Source: Phycisphaerae bacterium (GTDB lineage Bacteria > Planctomycetota > Phycisphaerae > UBA1845 > Fen-1342). From it: 64,000 bases of DNA. The notes beneath the pieces are model-generated. The model searched no databases. It saw only the letters and a program-made list of their open reading frames with translations, and was not told the DNA's origin. Numbering within the stretch: position 1 is the stretch's first letter; each line of letters opens with the position of its first letter. The stretch covers positions 192,001-256,000 of the forward strand of contig CAXXWX010000026.1 in assembly GCA_963675745.2 (NCBI GenBank), in the 5' to 3' direction. Below, in pieces: positions 61,240-64,000 of this stretch. Both the position numbers and the translations under genes were made by a program.

Positions 61240-63408
61240 TCACGACAGAGTGGCAACCTCCTCGTCGACGGGCGCACTCTCAACACCACGCCGCGAGATC
61301 TCCAACGCACACGCGTGCAAAAAGTCGACCAGTTTCGCCGAACCGAGCTGCTTGCCCTCGCGCGTACGGACGTTTACACAATTTTCGGCGGCTTCCTGTT
61401 CCCCCAGCACGAGAATATAGGGCACCTTTTCCATGGTCGCGCGCCGAATCTTCGCCCCGATGCGATCGCTGCTGTCGTCCAGTTCGACACGCAGACCGGC
61501 CGCCTGACAGGCTGCAAAGACCTTGTTCGCGTATTCCTGCGACTTCTCGCTCACCGAGCAGACAACAACCTGTACCGGGGCCAGCCACATCGGAAACGCG
61601 CCGGCAAAATGCTCTATCAGAATGCCCACGAAACGCTCAAAGCTGCCCAGCGGCGCGCGGTGTACCATGATGGGTCGATGCTCGGCGTTGTCGTCGCCGA
61701 TGTAAGTCAACCCGAAGCGCTCCGGTAGATTGTAGTCGACCTGAATGGTGCCAAGCTGCCACTCGCGCTCCAGACAGTCCTTGACGATGAAATCTATCTT
61801 GGGGCCGTAGAAGGCCGCCTCGCCTTGCTCCTCGGTGTAGTGCAGACCGGCCTGACGCACGATGGCCCGCAGCGCGTCTTCGGCCTTGGCCCAGTTGGCA
61901 TCGCTGCCGATGTACTTCTCGCCGCCCGCCCCGCGCAGCCCGACGCGCACCCGGTAATCATCCAACTGCACCATCTTGAGCACGTGTTGCGCCATCTCGA
62001 CACAGCCGCGGATTTCGTCGGCGAGCTGATCAGCCGTGCAGAAGATGTGAGCGTCGTCCTGCGTAAAGCCGCGCACGCGGGTCAAGCCGTGTACCTCGCC
62101 GGACTGCTCAAAACGGTACACATGGCCGAATTCGGCCAGGCGCACCGGCAGGTCGCGGTAACTCCGCTTTTCGGACGCATAGATGCGTACGTGGTGCGGG
62201 CAGTTCATCGGCCGCAACAGATACCCATCCTCGGCTTGCAGCCAGGTGCGAATCCGTTTGAGCCGCTCCTCAACCGGAGCATTCGCCGGATAGCCGGCAT
62301 CCTTGAGATACTCGTGCTGCTCGGCCAGTTCATGAAACAACGCCAGCTCTTTGTCTGAAGCGGTCTCGCCGCCGGCCTCCAGCGCCACCTCCCACAATTC
62401 GTTGAGCCGCTCGGCGCGCTTCGACTCAAACAACGGCGGATATTGGCTGTCCTTGTAATAGGGGTAGTGGCCGCTGGTGCGATAGAGATCAAGCTTGCCA
62501 ATCTGTGGCGTATAGACCGGCTGGTAGCCGCGGCGCAAGAGCTCGCCGCGGATTTCCTCTTCGAGCGCGTGACGCAAAACGGCGCCACGTGGCTTCCAGA
62601 GCGCCAGCCCCGGGCCGACGGTCGAATCGAGCACAAAGAGGCCCAGTTCCTGGCCAATCTTGCGATGATCGCGCTTCTTCGCCTCTTCGAGTTTCCGCAG
62701 ATACTCGTTGAGCGCCTTCTTGTCGGGCCAGGTGGTGCCGTACACGCGCTGGAGCATCTGCCGGCCGGCGTCGCCGTGCCAATAGGCGCCGGCGACACTC
62801 ATGACCTTGAACGCCCCCACGTGTTTGGTGGTTGGCACATGCGGACCGCGACAGAGATCCTCGAAACACCCGCTGTTCGGTTCGCCGGTCACGTAAAAGC
62901 TGAGCACGTCGCCATCGGCGCGTTCAGCATTGTCGATCTTGTATTCGTTGCCTTCAGCGCGCAGCTTGGGCATGGCCTCATCGCGGCGCATCTCGTAGCG
63001 CGTAAACGGGCGGGCCTCCTTCACGATCTCCTTCATCTTGGCTTCGATGCGTTTGAAGTCGTCCGGCGTCAGGCTGTGTTCGAGATCGATGTCGTAGTAG
63101 AACCCGTTCTCGACCGGCGGGCCGTAGACAAGCTTGGCTTCGGGCCACAGCGCGCAGATGGCCTCGGCCATCACGTGGGCGCAGCTATGCCTGGCGACCT
63201 CGAGCCCTTCCTCGTCGCTGAGCGTCAGAGCGCGAAACTCGACCTCGGGTTCGGTGATCAGGTCGCCCATTTCCACTAGCCGACCGTTGGCCTTGGCCGC
63301 CACGGTCTGGCGCGCCAGCCCCTCGCTGATCGTGCCGACCACGTCGCGCGCGGCCACGCCGTTGTCAAACTTCAGCGACTTACCATCGGGGAGATGAATC
63401 TTTACCAT
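61240..63408 (-). CDS. thrS: Threonine--tRNA ligase
   Basis: TGS domain, RHSCAH, DLCRGPHV, RDHRKIG, RPMNCPHH, GLTRVRGFTQDDAH, AFYGPKID, HRAPLGSFERF. Confidence 0.98.
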   Translation of the reverse strand: MVKIHLPDGKSLKFDNGVAARDVVGTISEGLARQTVAAKANGRLVEMGDLITEPEVEFRALTLSDEEGLEVARHSCAHVMAEAICALWPEAKLVYGPPVENGFYYDIDLEHSLTPDDFKRIEAKMKEIVKEARPFTRYEMRRDEAMPKLRAEGNEYKIDNAERADGDVLSFYVTGEPNSGCFEDLCRGPHVPTTKHVGAFKVMSVAGAYWHGDAGRQMLQRVYGTTWPDKKALNEYLRKLEEAKKRDHRKIGQELGLFVLDSTVGPGLALWKPRGAVLRHALEEEIRGELLRRGYQPVYTPQIGKLDLYRTSGHYPYYKDSQYPPLFESKRAERLNELWEVALEAGGETASDKELALFHELAEQHEYLKDAGYPANAPVEERLKRIRTWLQAEDGYLLRPMNCPHHVRIYASEKRSYRDLPVRLAEFGHVYRFEQSGEVHGLTRVRGFTQDDAHIFCTADQLADEIRGCVEMAQHVLKMVQLDDYRVRVGLRGAGGEKYIGSDANWAKAEDALRAIVRQAGLHYTEEQGEAAFYGPKIDFIVKDCLEREWQLGTIQVDYNLPERFGLTYIGDDNAEHRPIMVHRAPLGSFERFVGILIEHFAGAFPMWLAPVQVVVCSVSEKSQEYANKVFAACQAAGLRVELDDSSDRIGAKIRRATMEKVPYILVLGEQEAAENCVNVRTREGKQLGSAKLVDFLHACALEISRRGVESAPVDEEVATLS

Positions 63409-63412
63409 GCTT

Positions 63413-63446
63413 GGCTGTTCCTCATGAGAGCAACGAGGCCCCAGCC
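63413..63446 (-). promoter_or_regulatory. Hairpin sequestering the thrS Shine-Dalgarno
   Basis: Minus strand GGCTG-GGG-CCTCGT-TGCTCTC-ATGAGG-AA-CAGCC; SD GAGG lies in the stem. Confidence 0.55.
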
Positions 63447-63549
63447 GCCGGCACTTGATTCGATGTGATGGTCGGTGGAAACGCGAAACACGCTGGAACC
63501 TCGATGATCAACTGCATAGACACACTGCCGCCCGTGGCGGGCCTCCGAC

Positions 63550-63582
63550 TCATGCTGGTGTTGTCTGTGTCAGTCGCATCAT
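63550..63582 (-). CDS. Putative thrS leader peptide MMRLTQTTPA
   Basis: SD GAAGGA 5 nt before ATG; three ACA Thr codons within four codons. Confidence 0.6.
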   Translation of the reverse strand: MMRLTQTTPA

Positions 63583-63631
63583 CTGATTCCTTCTGCTGCC
63601 GAGCGTCCCGGACAGGACGCGCTCACCGTTA

Positions 63632-63660
63632 ATAATGAGCCCATTTCGGGGGTAAGTCAA
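63632..63660 (-). promoter_or_regulatory. Putative sigma70 promoter of the thrS leader
   Basis: Minus strand TTGACT-N17-CATTAT. Confidence 0.6.
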
Positions 63661-63754
63661 CCCGAACCCGTACTGGCGGCACACTAATTATCGGCAGCCA
63701 ATGCACACCAACCTAACCGCAGGTCCTGCCCGACGTGTTGAGTATATCAGCGTA

Positions 63755-63860
63755 CAGAGGTCAGAGGTCAGAGGTCAGCTCTCAGCCTGAGGCTGGCCGC
63801 CGACGGCGCACAGCCGTTTCTGTGATGTTCCTGATCACTGAAAACTGAACACTGAAAACT
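63755..63860. repeat. Oppositely oriented heptamer arrays
   Basis: (CAGAGGT)x3 at 63755-63778 and CTGATCA-CTGAAAA-CTGAACA-CTGAAAA at 63831-63860. Confidence 0.65.
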
Positions 63861-63909
63861 ACCCCCCCCGCCACCAGCCCGACCCGCGACGCCATGGGCA
63901 ACCGCCCGC

Positions 63910-64000
63910 TCAGACGCCGCTGATGGTATCTCCCTGCTGGTGCATGGACTGATGCGAATACGCCGTTGCCACGAGGGCCGCCAGCAACGCGGGCACAAGC
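63910..64000 (-). CDS. Possible 3' end of a membrane protein gene (partial)
   Basis: Minus frame LVPALLAALVATAYSHQSMHQQGDTISGV* open to the window edge. Confidence 0.35.
   Translation of the reverse strand, partial: LVPALLAALVATAYSHQSMHQQGDTISGV

Noticed and set aside
63409..63630. T-box riboswitch or intrinsic terminator upstream of thrS
   Set aside because: No T-box consensus (GGTGGNACCGCG-like) and no hairpin followed by a U-tract

Overview
GC-rich bacterial chromosomal segment. The gene content points to Planctomycetota, probably Phycisphaerae: DUF1559 pilin-like protein, PEP-CTERM protein, Cys-containing dockerin-like C-termini and planctomycete-type S7/S12. From 1 to 9 kb is a LacI-associated secreted glycan-utilisation cluster (DUF1559, GH5, PEP-CTERM, a four-repeat protein, GH30). 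From 9 to 27 kb are mostly secreted hydrolases: a frameshifted BNR/VPS10 protein, GH20, a D-aminoacylase/beta-lactamase fusion, a sialidase-like protein and GH78, plus an MscS channel. From 27 to 64 kb are housekeeping and accessory genes: DUF4914, a stand-alone rpsL-rpsG unit, an anti-sigma/STAS pair, btaB/btaA-like betaine-lipid genes, recG, xylA, ribBA, clpS, TPR proteins, an LVIVD protein, larC, infC and thrS. Intergenic regions carry several REP-like palindromes and heptamer-repeat hairpins. The most striking unannotated signal is a 10-codon Thr-rich leader ORF upstream of thrS, with mutually exclusive RNA pairings around the thrS Shine-Dalgarno, i.e. a candidate ribosome-mediated translational attenuator. 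No rRNA, tRNA, CRISPR array or transposase was seen. All family calls come from motif recognition by eye, not from database searches.
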